Positions 1 to 13,465 of a DNA stretch of 64,000 nt are shown here, piece by piece. Numbering within the stretch: the stretch's first letter is position 1; every line of letters begins with the position of its first letter. Where the stretch lies: assembly GCF_018350175.1 (NCBI RefSeq), contig NC_058368.1, forward strand, positions 42,596,001-42,660,000. The letters run 5' to 3'. Position numbers and translations under genes: made by a program. Under the pieces are notes generated by a model, which worked only from the letters and a program-made list of their open reading frames with translations, was not told the DNA's origin and did no database searches. The DNA comes from Felis catus. Taxonomy: Eukaryota.

Positions 1-412
1 AAAAAGAAATCAAATTTAACAAATAGTGAGGACTGCATACATCAAAGAGAGTTTAAATTTAAAGCTGCCTATTTCATTCGGCTGGCTGTCTAGCTGCTTA
101 TTTGCACGTCTGCTCACAGCATCAATTATATATGTGATGAAGAACATTTTATTAATGTGATCAAAGTATTCATTCCTATGGCAAAATGTATGTTTTTAAT
201 GTGCTATCTTATTTTTCCTATTGTATGTACAAGATAAGGAAGGACAAATATTTCTAGGTTCTCTCCATTATCATAAGAGAAATTATCCCCCCAAAAGTTC
301 ATTTTCTAAAAAACTGTGCTAAGAATATTAAATTTCTTTTATTTGAAATACTTTAACTATTTTCAAAGAATTTTTAGTAGGATTTGCATAGAGAGACCAA
401 TAATTTATATGT

Positions 413-605
413 ATTTGGTTTATTACCCAGGGCCATAGGTCCCTGGCAGATTTCATAGATGGGCTTCACAGGATCTGTGGAAACTTTGAATGATTTGCAA
501 TTAAAAAAAAATATATGTGGGTATATGATTTTTTCTGGAGAGTGAGCCTACAGCTTTTAAGTGATAATCAAAGGAGTCAGAACACAAAACATTTAAGCAC
601 TACTG
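413..605 (+). mobile_element. hAT-Charlie MITE remnant (Charlie4z-like)
   Basis: gatgggcttcacaggatctgtggaa...ttttctggagag...cagctttt...tcaaaggagtc...ttaagcactactg resembles the recalled consensus. Confidence 0.55.
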
Positions 606-2340
606 GTTATAAAATGAAATACTTAAAGTAACAAATATATTTGTTATATTAATAACCATTTATATGCTCGAGGCTATTGTACATTTCCGAAATGACTAAA
701 ATAAGTAATTGCTAAAAGGCACAAAATAACATGCATGCATTTAATCCATATATTTAGGAATAGTCCCTTAACTGTGCCAATTAATAGTTACTATTCATAA
801 ATGGATTAATTTCAGCATTCTTACTCTTATATGTAAGACATGAAGTAACGATGCAAAGAAAATAACACATGCTTATCAAAACCAAGGTTTACCAGGATTT
901 GCTTTCAATGCTTTAAAAGTAGAATACCATTTTATTAAATATAGACTTATACTCAAACTGGCAAATAGGTGGATGATGACTTTTCTGGACTGTAAAAAAA
1001 ATATGTATTTTAAATATCAAGTATGCTCTGTGTATAACAAAACAAAAAGTAGTTATTTTCCCCATTGTATAGGAAACATACCTTTTTCTATCTTCCAAGT
1101 ATAGTGAGGAAAAAGTAATGAAAATAAAGTCACCTTAGCATACATCTTGCTATCTAACAAGATTAACTGAAATTTTATTTGAAAAAATATATGTAAATTA
1201 TAATTGCTAATATGCATTAATAAAAACAACAACTCTGTCATCAGGTGTCTTCCGTAATTCATTTTGCCATAAAGTATTTGAGTTCCTACTATAAACCAGG
1301 AATTCTGCCAGAATTCTTTTGAATTTGCAGCATATTATTAAATCCCATTTGGCATACAAAACTCTGCTTTACCCCCTTCACCCACCCACCCCCCCAAAAA
1401 AAAAACCTAGTCACCTTAGAAATGAAGGCTGTAAGTACAGCATGCAAAACACATCAAATTATGCGTAAAGAAGACGCTTGGCAAAAATACACGCCATAAT
1501 AAAGGCGATCAGTAGATATTTAGTCGATAAACTATAGAATCACCCTTTTTCTTCTGACATATATTTTAAAGTAACCAAAAAAAGAAAGTTAAAAGAACAA
1601 TTCATTTACACTGGAGAATTCTGAATTTTTTAATATATTCATACGAGTAAATGGTTACTTGTACACTTTCAAAGATTCAGTAGGTGCTTTACTAAAGCTT
1701 TACTAGAGGAAATATATTTAAATATCAAAAGCAACTATATAAAAATAATGACCTCAGCCTATGATGCTTAGGCTAATAAAAATATTAATAATAATTTCAA
1801 AGGTTCTATTCAAAAATTTAAAACTGAAAGCTGATATGTTATTTCAAAGAATATCAAAAGCAATTGCTGGCATTAAAATATGTATTAAAATTTGATTGTA
1901 TAGTAGATAGGTAGCTCATTACATTTAATAAATAACAATAATTAGGTTTTACAATATAAAAGAATTAATGTCCCAATCATTCTCAATCTACCTAAAAATA
2001 CATATATTCTTATATATATACACACAAATTATCTATATAAAAATATATGAACATATACCCATATACATCTCTAAGATTAAGCACTTTATTTCTAGTCATC
2101 AAATACTTAAAAATATAGACTACATTAGCTGGTGTTGTCTATCAGAACATATTGGTGTCAGGCATAATATTCATCCTTTTCCACTACTGATTCTTGTTTA
2201 AAAATCACTTGCATCTTATAAAATATGACTAATATTTTTTATTTAACCCTCCAGGTTAATGTCAGAATGCATGTTTCAGGTGCAATTAAGTGGTGAAAGT
2301 GGTTTGGATAATGTGCTATATTCTTGTGTTTTAATATGTT

Positions 2341-2525
2341 TCAGCCCAGGTCATGATCTCACGGTTCATGAGTTTGAGCTGCATAGGGCTCTGTGCTGAC
2401 AGTGGAGAGCCTGTTTGGGATTCTCTCTCTCTCCCTCTATCTGTTCCTTATCTGCTCTCATGCACATGCTCTCTCTCTCTTTCTGTCTCTCAAAAAAACA
2501 AAAACAAAAAACAAAAGCAAAAAAC
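2341..2525 (+). mobile_element. Can-SINE, 5'-truncated
   Basis: cccaggtcatgatctcacggttcatgagttt core, (CT)n tract and A-rich tail. Confidence 0.9.
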
Positions 2526-5500
2526 AGAACTAATCCAACGGGGGAATGCATATTTGGGATCGCTCCACTTCTCCAATAGAAAAAGCACCCTGTTATCCCT
2601 GGCTGTGTAATATTTAAGATACCAACAAGCCGCTTGCCCAGCTCCTATTTGTCCTCACATCTAACTACGTCAGTATTCAAAATATTTTTCGTCATATGAA
2701 TGGAAGGTAAAGAAGTCTTCTGTTTTATGTGTAGCATCAGAATGTCAGCGCAGGCGAAAATATTTTCATTCAACAACATTTGATGATTGGATTTGACCAA
2801 TTTACTCTTTTTAAGGGGAAAAATCTGCAAAAACAAAATCAGCAAATAGGGCAGATGGGCTAAATCTCTCTGGGCTAACATATAAATTCAAGGGCAACAG
2901 CAATCTTATAATATGCATTCCATATTTATGATTAGTAAGTTTTCATCTCTGCTATTTCAAATGGAATCCTTTCACATGAAAAATGCCGGGAACTTTTAAA
3001 GGACATCCATGGTTTTTTTGTTTCTCTTTAACAAGTATATGGATAAAATAATCAATATGCAGCTGGGAAAGTGGTTATGAAAATTTAACTCAACTCCCCG
3101 CTTCTTATTGTAGGAAATCTAAACATGAAACACACATTTATCCTCATCCAGCGTGTAGGGGTACATGTGTTTCATGTGGAAATGGCCAACTGGTTGTGCC
3201 CCAGCAGGCTTCAAGGGTGATTTGAACTACCGTGGCAAACTCACATAAGAAACCTGAATTTTCTTAGCAAAATAAGTGAGTCTATCCCTCAGTGAGCTAA
3301 CCCAAACCAAATATGGACATTTACATTTACTGTACTTGGGAGTCTAGCCTTATCTTTTTAGTGGGATGTCAAAGGTAACTCGCCAAACTTTCACTCTCAA
3401 ATCTCTACTTAACTTCTGTCACTAGAGCATTAACAAGTTTGATTAACAGATCTCATATATTTTCTCCACATTACCTCCATGTAACTGCTTCTCCTCATTC
3501 TAGAGCACTCAAAGTCCAAACTCTTTGACATCCCAATGCTGCAAACTGGACGTAACGAGTTACTAGAAATTTGAGGGGGAAGCACATTTGGTGTCTTTTA
3601 GCCAAGGTTCCACAGGTGTTAGCAATTCACCACTTAGGAGAACAGCCTCCCGATTAAACAGGGGCTAACTATTCACCACACCAATGTTGTAACTCATCGT
3701 TTGGTCAATAAGGTTAAGTTCAGGGAACCCTTATTAGAAAACCAGAGAACAATTTCAAAAAATGTTCACAAACAAATTCAACACAAAATCCCAACATTGT
3801 ACAAAACAATTTCTGAAACTTTATTGTGAATTTTAAGATACATTTAGTAAAGTATGTTTTCCTTAATATAATTAATTAAAATAAATTGGAAAGAAATGCA
3901 CATACTACTTTTTTAAAGCAAGGATAAGTACAGACTTTTGAAGTCACAATATATACAATTATATGAGTGCAATAAGCTTCCAAATACATTAGGTATATAT
4001 CTGTTTAAATAAATAGTAAAATACTTGATTTGACATATGTGAGAGTCATACTGATTACACCAAAAATGTTTTACAAAATATAGCCAAAAATGGAATGTTA
4101 CACATTTGATATACAACTTTTTAAAATACGTTATATATTCATTACTTAATTCAAATTATAGTGTACAAAAGTCCATTTTAATGAGGACAGTTTTGTGTTT
4201 TAACACTGTTCAGCAAATATAGATATTAAGATGCATCCCTATACATGTTACTAAAGCCCCATCAACTGAAATCACTAGCACAGGGAGGAAAAAAAATTCT
4301 ACCAATTATTAATAGTAATAATTTTTATTGATAAATTACTAATGTAACACACTGCGACATTATTTTGGTTATTTTAAGTCTTCTAAAATATATTACCTAA
4401 TACTTGAGGCAAATTGTTTTTGTGTATATAGAAACTTAATTTGAAACCAAAATAGAAAGATATTGCTACATTGAACTTATCTACTCTGTAATATATTTCT
4501 TTTAAATAATACCTTCAGTTACCAGTTTTCAGTTGGGAAAATTTTCCCTATAATTCTTTAATAATAATGCTTTGTGTAGTGCCTTACTATGAATCTCAAG
4601 AACTCATTTCACAAAGTAGCAATAGAATATACTGTATTGTGAATGGTACCTATAGAATATTGGTATTATAGGAAAATGTCATTTTAAGTGTTTACATCTA
4701 TAATTATTCATACATTGTAGTACAATAAGGGAAATTATTTTCAGCCATATTTCATTATTTGTAGCATATAGTTACACGTGACAATTTATTTGGAGTATAT
4801 AAAAATGTGGCTATTTTGCAGAAGTAAAACAACATAATTACCAGGGTTTTTTTTAATTGGAAACAAATGTTTTATTTTCCCTAAGGTTCTTTTAATAATA
4901 AAAGAATGGAAAAGGAATCAAACATATCCACCTGCCTTAGAGTGGTGAAGTGGGAAGATGGACAACTCAATGGTCATTCTCTAAAAATTACTTAGGCAAT
5001 AATGATTGAAAAGATGCATTTTGCATTTACATAATGAACAATGTGCTTATCTGACTATGTCTACAAAAACTGCCTGGTAATATCAGAACACAATTATAGA
5101 ATGACTAGGAGCACATTATCAGTTTTTTTCTTTTTTTACACTTGAACTACAAAAGCAATATAAGGAAACCTATTGTATGTGAACTAAACTTGCATTATTA
5201 TATTTTTAGAATATTAGGATATCAACATATCTAAAAACAAGCAAGACAAGTTAAATTCTTCTAAACCTCCCCAGTACCAATTGCCTACTGTTTTATTGGA
5301 GCAGCACCACATGTCAAGCACCCAGTCAATCTCTATAACTCACCAAGTTGCCTTTTATTGGTCAGAATGAAAAGCATATACATTTTCTGCAAGAAGTCAG
5401 TTGATATTAGGGAGCCGGGTAGAGGAAACACACAAATGCAGATTTATCTACTTTTAGGCCATAAACCTCTAAAACATGAGCTCTGCCTTACTAACTATGG

Positions 5501-6381
5501 CACCTTATTTTTTTCCATCAGAGCTATTAACATTGTTTGTATGTTAGAAAGAAATATACTGGTTTATGATGGGGGGATTCCTTCTGTCCATATTTGCATT
5601 AGGGGTTGTGTGTGTGAGTGTGCTGGTATGTTTTCAGGTTAACACAAGATTAAATATAATTCAAGTAACATGTGATTGCCAAAGAGTAATTTTATTTCTT
5701 GCCCTGTAAAAAGAACAGGGGTTAATTAAGCAAATTGCTATGTCTTCTCAACACTTTGCACTTTAAGAGCTGGACGGTAGCATAGCAATGATTTGTTTAA
5801 CTACATTCACACTAAGAGAAGACATTTCCAGTCTCTTGGCCACTCTCTCAGAATGTTAGAAACTAAATAATTCCTTAATTCTTTCTTAATTTTTTGAAGT
5901 TAAATAAACATAAATAAGGGCTCATAGGCTCCAAATATCCCTAAATTAGGTAACAAATTTATTGAAAGTTTAAAGACAGTCATCTCATTTATCTATATCT
6001 GGAACTCCATTACTATGGTCCATAGACTATATTTCTACTTTAATGCCACCCTGTATATCAAAAACTCACCCATAATCACCTCAAATGTCATATGATTATC
6101 AAATTTGGGACTTATTTTTTATAAATGATCTTATATTCAGCATATTTCTGATCCTTCTGGCTTTAATAATTATCATTATAAGACTTAATTTTTAAAAGCT
6201 TTAAAAAAATACTGTGAATTGCTAGAGTCCATTGCCTGATCTATAAGTGGTACCAAATAAGTTATTTTCATGTTGCTATAGTTCACTTCTGTCAATCCAT
6301 GCACAGCATTCATATACATTTTGTGGTTTAAAAAAATCAAATGCATGCAATAGAGATATCTACTGAGAAGATATCTCCAAT

Positions 6382-7509
6382 TAGGAATTGGTGTCCATTT
6401 GCTTTTTCTACCACATCACTGAAGAAAAACCACTACAGAACTTTTACTCTACTACTGTAATGTTGTCCAGTTCCATTAATCCTCTCCAAAGAATCACACT
6501 CAAAAATCTACAGATTAGCACTCCCATCAGAAATCTATGTAAAAATATATTCAAGAGCTTGCCAAATCAAAACAGTAATTTTATTAAGACACACAATCGA
6601 TTTGCAATAAAAACAACTGAAAAGTTCTCAGATAACTTGAAAAAACACACAGCCTTAGCAGAAGGCATTTAATGCTTGAACAACACGGTGGTTAGGGACA
6701 CGGTCAAAAATCTGTGCATAACTTTTGACTCCCCCAAATCTTAATAGCCTACTGTTTCCTGGAAGCCCTACTGAAAATGTAAACAGTTGATTAACACGTA
6801 TGTTGTCTATGTATTATATACCATATTATTACAATACGGGCTACAGAAAAGAAAGTGTTAAGAAAATAATAAGAGGAAAGAAGTTTACTGTACTGTATCT
6901 GGTAAAAAAAAAAATCCACATGTAAGTGGATCTGAGCCAGTTCAAACCCATGTTGTTCAAGGGTCAACAGTATATTGCCATAATTCTACCACTATCATAG
7001 ATAAGTTTGTAGCTGAAAAAAGAGCTGAAGGAAGCCTTCAATAGATTATAGTCAAAATATTTTTATTAAAACTTTTGGTAAGGTATGGAAAAATCTCTTC
7101 ACTTCAGACAATTTATACAGCAATATGTATATGGGTATATAGATGCATATAATCATTGTATCTAGTTTTCTTATTACGGTCAGGCTAAGCATACCTTTCC
7201 AGTGAATATTTTTAAGAGATAAAAGTGGTTGTAATTAAAAGGACAAAAGCATACAATACATAGACTATCAGGCCTCTTTGTTGAATCAATTCTTGATACT
7301 TGTGAAAAATTATTTGATGAGCAAAAACGCATCAGCTTAAGTTACATAACTGTTTTCTACTTTTCTTTTTATTCGTTTTCTTGAAATTCTGAATGTGCAA
7401 AGGCTAGGAGTTGGTGTCCATGTGCCTTTTCTACTACCTCCCTGCAGAAAAACCACTACAGAACTTTTATCCCACTACTATAATGTTGTCCAGTTCCATT
7501 ATTCCTCTC
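6382..7509 (+). repeat. 105-bp direct repeat pair (6382-6486 and 7405-7509)
   Basis: Ungapped manual alignment, about 93/105 identical. Confidence 0.9.
6666..6970 (+). mobile_element. Tigger2-derived non-autonomous DNA transposon
   Basis: Terminal inverted repeats: cttgaacaacacgg on the left and ccatgttgttcaagggtcaacag followed by TA on the right. Typical internal ataacttttgactccccca. Confidence 0.8.
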
Positions 7510-9768
7510 ATGTCCTTCCTCAACTTCCAAGAGTTGATGTATATTAATACATAATTATGGAGGCAGAAAACAAAGTACATGCTGGAGAGCCTCTGCTCTC
7601 CTTAAGGCAGAAATTTCCGATAGTAAGACTATTAAATTTGGCTCTTGTAATGTCCATTTGGATGGAGCTTCTGATTCACAATCATAACCAATAGGCATAA
7701 TGTTACTACAAATTATCACCAACACCGAGAATGTCAATGCAAAATTAATTTAGTTTCTCACAAGGCCTTGTCTGTTTAGTTTCTAAATACAGAAGAACTC
7801 CAGCCATATTTTAAGTCTTCTAGAAAGCTAACGCAACACATTATGTTAAACCACTATATTCATGTCTGCACGCCAGGATTATAGTTTCCAAACCCCATCT
7901 TGGAACTTTATCATAAGACTGTAACCTATTGTAAAACCAAAACAGTCTGGCAGTCTTCTACCAAAACCTGATAAATAGAGATGACTAAAAGTGTTTGCTT
8001 TTATGTTTGGTCTCATTGAACATGAGTTACATCAAAAAACTGTAATTTAAAAAAAAAAAGATTACTTCTCTAAAAGTGACTCTTTAAACAGACATACAAA
8101 AATCATTCCTCACAGCCCTACCACAAATTGATTTCTATCCTTACATGTTATTGAGTTCAAAGTAACCTGCCTGTATGCCTTTGAGTTCACATCTGAGAAT
8201 TATGTTTTTCCAATATCTCACCTTAATAATTTAAAGAAATCTTGCCACTCTAGTTCACTGAAATATTAACAGATAAACTTAAGTTTCTTACACCAATGGT
8301 TGATCTAAAAGTATGCCCCTACCAGCTTCTTGTTTTCTAATTAGCAACATGGAATCTTCGGTCAACATGTTCAATTCTGCTCTTTAATTAGAGTAATTGA
8401 AAATTTTCTGCCAGTTAAAGCTTATTAGTAAGGGTCATCAAGAAAAACCTGCTGCCCCCAAATCATACTAAACCTTAAATAATAACTGAGGCCACAAAAT
8501 CATAATGTAAGTGATGCAAGTTTCAAAACTATAGGGTTTTAAAAGGATAAGTCAATCTGCTTGTCTCATATCAAACTTTTTCAAAGAGCTAATTTTTGTA
8601 TTCTTTGGGAATGTGACAGTATTTATGTTCTAAATAAAAATAGCATTCATGAAAGCTACTCAATGATCCACATGCACTGGACACAATGGACAGAAAGTTT
8701 AGCAGGTTGTACCCAGAATCGATTTCCTTTGCCAAATGGAATAAGGGAAGCTGTGTATGCCTAACACCTCAGTATTTCATTTTAACCTTCAAATGTACCT
8801 CAGAACTGCAACTTCCTTAGAAGTTTTATCATAATGCATCCTTTATAAGAATCAATGATAAAGAAATTCTATTTGACTATAGGGCTGAAATCATTCTCCC
8901 CAGTTCTCAGACTTCAGAGGGATCTTAAAAGTCCAATAGGAGGTTGACAAGTGTTTACCATCTATTGTTAGAGTTGTAAGCAAGGAGGTATTAAGCCAGT
9001 AATGAAATATGGTGTATTTATCAAACTATATAAAATTAATGGATAATTTTGGGGGTTGTGGGTGATAAATCTGAAAAACCTAAGCAAGAAAATGGTTAAA
9101 ATTGAATAAACAATAACTTATATGCATGTTTCTAAATAGACTCGAGGATGTGTTCCCTCAGTACATTAGAAATAGGTTGGGAGAAGGCCCGTGCTGATGT
9201 TAGCTGGCTCCTTTGTGCAGAGGTGGACGGTGGTTGATATTTCTGACCCATGCAGAAACAGGGGCTGGAATAAAATTTTTTGTTTAAGTCAGAAAGCATC
9301 ATTCTAATCTATGGGGAGAAGAAAGATCTTTTTGTTATCATTATGGTTTGACCTCCCCCTCTTCTCCATGCCTTCTTATCAGATATGAGTAGTTTAAAAA
9401 GAGGATAATCAAAAAACTCTTGTTCTATTTTGAGCTTAGCAGAATGTTTTAAATTCATTGCTAAAATCCACTGTTTGTGAAAAGCATTCAGAATCCTACT
9501 GCCTAAAAGATACAAATGCTCTTCCTACTCTTCCTACCTACTGCCTGTGAAGGTTCACTGCAACCTGGAAAGAAGTGCACAAGCCCCAGGTACAGTTGCA
9601 TCACCGTGCCATGTGCTCAACGGCAAAATGCGTATGTGAAAGGAATTAAAAACAAAACACAGTAGACTTTATCCTTTTTTGCCTTCATACAAAGAATTTA
9701 TTTTTGGCACAACTGACTCTTGGTGATGCACCACAATTTCATCTTTTTAACTTAAAGTGCAATCAAGA

Positions 9769-10023
9769 GGCAGTATTGCCTAGCAACTACGAGCAAAGCC
9801 TCTGGTAGAACACTGGGAGGGTTCAAGTCCTGGACTACTCTTCACTTACAGGAACTGTGACCTTAAGCAAATCATTTAACTTCATCTCAGCTATAAAAGA
9901 GATATTAATAATAGTACCTGACTCACAAGGTCACTGTTCCTATTTAAGTAGTTAATACATGTAAAGTGTTGAGAAGAATGCCAGGCACACAGTGAATTCT
10001 CAAGTAAATGTTGGCTATTATCA
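9769..10023 (+). mobile_element. MIR, near full length
   Basis: ggttcaagtcctgg...ctgtgaccttaagcaaatcatttaac...aataatagtacct...ggcacacagt...taaatgttggctatta. Confidence 0.85.
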
Positions 10024-13000
10024 TTGTTTGGTGTTGGAAATCTAGTTTCAAAGCACTGTAAACTACGTTTTAGAAACAAAGGGATAATGGTGCCAAAGTG
10101 AATATTGTGATCTCTTTCAGAGCCCCAAATGCCCCCCATTTCTCCTGTGAAACTGCTTGCTATTTCACTGAAATTACTGTGGTTTATTTTGACCAGTTAC
10201 TTTCATATACGCTTAAAGCATGTTTATATTTTTTTAGTAATAAAGCAATAACTAGTCATGTTAAAGTACTCAATAATTAGTTTCAACCTCAATAACATAC
10301 TATTAGGATTAAGGAGTTCATTCTTCTTCTTAATGTTAGCTTTTCCTCGATACAGGTTGCTCCAGCTCTATTATGGTTATCTCATGTTGCTTTTGTCCAA
10401 ATTCCTAATGAATTTCTTTTCCAGGCAAAACATTGGAGGGCACAGTCTACACAAATTCATTAATATACAAGCATTCAATTCCAAATCAGATGCCAACACA
10501 CCATTCTCTTTGTACTTTAGAATAGAGGACTGATCTGATTAATCATATAGCTGTGATTCACTGTATTGTCCACAGAATGGCTCACACTGACAACGCTCCC
10601 TAAACTCACAGGATTTTAAGACTTAGCCTGTCCAGCTTCTCACCTTGCCAGTGACTGTTTACATCTCATTCCATCAATTACTGCTCAAAATAGCTAAGAC
10701 GCCTCTTAGGCAAAAATCATAGAGTACTCATTTGACACTAATCTATGTAGTTTTTTGTTTTGTTTTATATTACTTTTAGATTCTTCATAATTTGTTGCTG
10801 CCTGCATTAGTAACATTAAGTAGTTTGGGGGTTTTATTTTAAATAACTTCCTTATATCCATGGACCTTATATCCATGGAAGGAATATTTTTAAAATATCA
10901 GGTCCATATAGCCATATGGTTAAGAAAGGCATCTCTCTTGCTGCACATTCAAGATGTGAGCAGTGGGATAAGGTTGCCTAATACGAAAAACAAAAACAAA
11001 CGTGTCTTGTGGCCACTATGTGGCATTCCTAGAACTGTACTTCCTCCATCTTTGTCAACTCCTAAACCCATCCACCTACAGTGTAAAATTGTTTGTTTGT
11101 TTTTGGTAGTACCTCCACCAAAATCCTGATAGAATTGCTCTTTCCTGAAGTTTTCATAATTTGACAGAGCACAGTGCAGTAAGTCATGATAAATGTAAGC
11201 AAATGGTTCAGAAATCACTGAGGTAGTAGATATAAAAATAAGCACTCCTGGGCTACTGTCCAGGTTTCAGAACCATCCTGAAAGGCCCTGTTTCTGCATT
11301 GTTCTGGAGAGAATATGGTAGGCTGCTCTGTTGTGGCAAAACATAGCTCCAATTTATGTACCTGTAAGCAAATAGCACTTGCTGTTTGACATTCAGGTGG
11401 CATATTTGGGGGCTATTTCAGCTAATTTGCAATTCAGTCCTTTTAATCCCAAACTTGATTTTCCTTCAGCAGATTGACAGTTCTGATTATTTACATTATT
11501 TCTTCAGTTTAACTCTATTTTGTCTTTGAATGAACAGGCTGCCAATGAAAACAACAAGCATTAATTAGCTTTTCTAAGACACATCCTGATAATAAACACC
11601 AGCAATCCAAATGACCAGTTTGACTTTTCAAAAATTATATTTACACATTATCCCAAAACTATGTGTCTCCAATATTCACAATAGTTAAAGTACTAAATTC
11701 ATCTTCATGCTTTACTACAGAAAAAAAAAACAGAGTAATATTACTGACAAAAATAGGGTAGCTACGTACTATTTCAAGTGGATAATTTCCTAATCAAATT
11801 ATAAACACCAATAATCTGCTTCAGATTTTAGAGTCCTTCTGTTTTGTGATTTTTTTATTTAGGAGGAAAAAGTTAATTTTCTAGTTCAGAAGGGAAAAAT
11901 TAATCAGGCAGAGACAAAGAAGATAAAGGCAGTGCTCTGTTATCAACACTAAGGCAAGAGAGTGACAACAGATCATACAATGGGGATATTGCAAATTGTT
12001 CATTGTCAGGAGAGACTGAACCACAGGGTTTATTTTGTAATTGTTTTTCATGAGTCAATGTCAACATTGATTTGCACTGTTTGAACATGTATCAAATGAT
12101 AAAAAGAAATAGGCCAGACAGATGTTGGGTAGTATGAGTAAGTCTGCCAAAAAGGATGACTAAGTTATTAATTAAAGACATAGTTCAATTTTTAATAAAA
12201 ATGAAAAAAAAAGGCTGAATCCAATGATCTAATTTTCAGATGAGAAAATCTAATTCTTAAGATGTTAAGTGAAACTTCAGCCAAGTATAAGTGGTTTTGG
12301 ATAGATAGGACTATTGCCAAAAATTAGTAAGAAATACCAAAGTTTTGAAAATTGGAAAATCTGTTTATTTTAATAACCCCTACTGGTTCATTTTCTTTGG
12401 TAAAGCAATGCATAGTCACTTCCAAAAATCATAATAAGAAATTAAAACTGGGTAAAAACACCAAGTCAACAATCACTGTAATGATGAGATTGACACATTT
12501 CTAATTGTGTATGGAAATTACTTACTGCCAACAGAGTAACACTCATGTGATTTCCACACCAACCTTTGTTTAAATGTATCTGTTATCCTAAGCTTAATCT
12601 ATCCTGTTTCTTGGTTTGAAATTAGCTTACCTAACTGTCCATATTTTCACACTGAAAATGGATTACATTAGTTATATGGTGGGTCATAGCAATACATTTA
12701 TTATTTCCCCCCAAATTGCTTATATTTTAATCAGTATATTTAAGTGCCATTACACATTTTATTTCTAAGGTATATCATATTTTACCAGGTTTCAATTTTG
12801 TAGCTCATTTACATTATCATAATTACTTAGAGATAGTTGCCTAAGTATCCACAGAACAGTTGGAAAGATCTTTCTGGAGTTAGGCACCAGCTTGATGGTT
12901 ATCACTGAAGCCTAACTGCAATTAAAATAGTACATTTGCTGGAAGTAAAAATTTATCTTAAAAAATGTCTGCACAAAAAAGTGCAGGTGAGGCATTAAGT

Positions 13001-13228
13001 GCATTATTTTTCAAAAAAAACCACCATAGCATTTAAATGCTATGTTAAAATTTCAAAATGACCTGCTCATATAAACATCATCCATATGCAAATTAGTTTG
13101 AGAAATGATTACAGTTAAAAATAACATAGTCTGTCTTGCCTGAAATGTAAAGCTCAATTATGACATTTTCCTCTGTGATTAAAGGAAACCAAATTTTTAG
13201 GATATGAATGTTTCTCAATTTAAGAAAT

Positions 13229-13465
13229 AATATATATATATATATATATACACATATATATGTATATATATATACACATATATATGTGTATATATATATA
13301 CATATATATGTGTATATATATGTGTATATATATACATATATATATGTATATATATGTATATATGTATATGTGTATATATATGTGTATATATATACATATA
13401 TATGTGTATATATATACATATATATATGTATATATGTATATATATGTATGTATGTATATATATAT
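13229..13465. repeat. Compound (TA)/(TG)/(CA) microsatellite, ~237 bp
   Basis: Read directly. Confidence 0.97.

Noticed and set aside
13025..13044. Perfect 20-bp palindrome CATAGCATTTAAATGCTATG (and an 18-bp one at 629-646)
   Set aside because: Compatible with chance in 64 kb of AT-rich DNA, with no supporting context.
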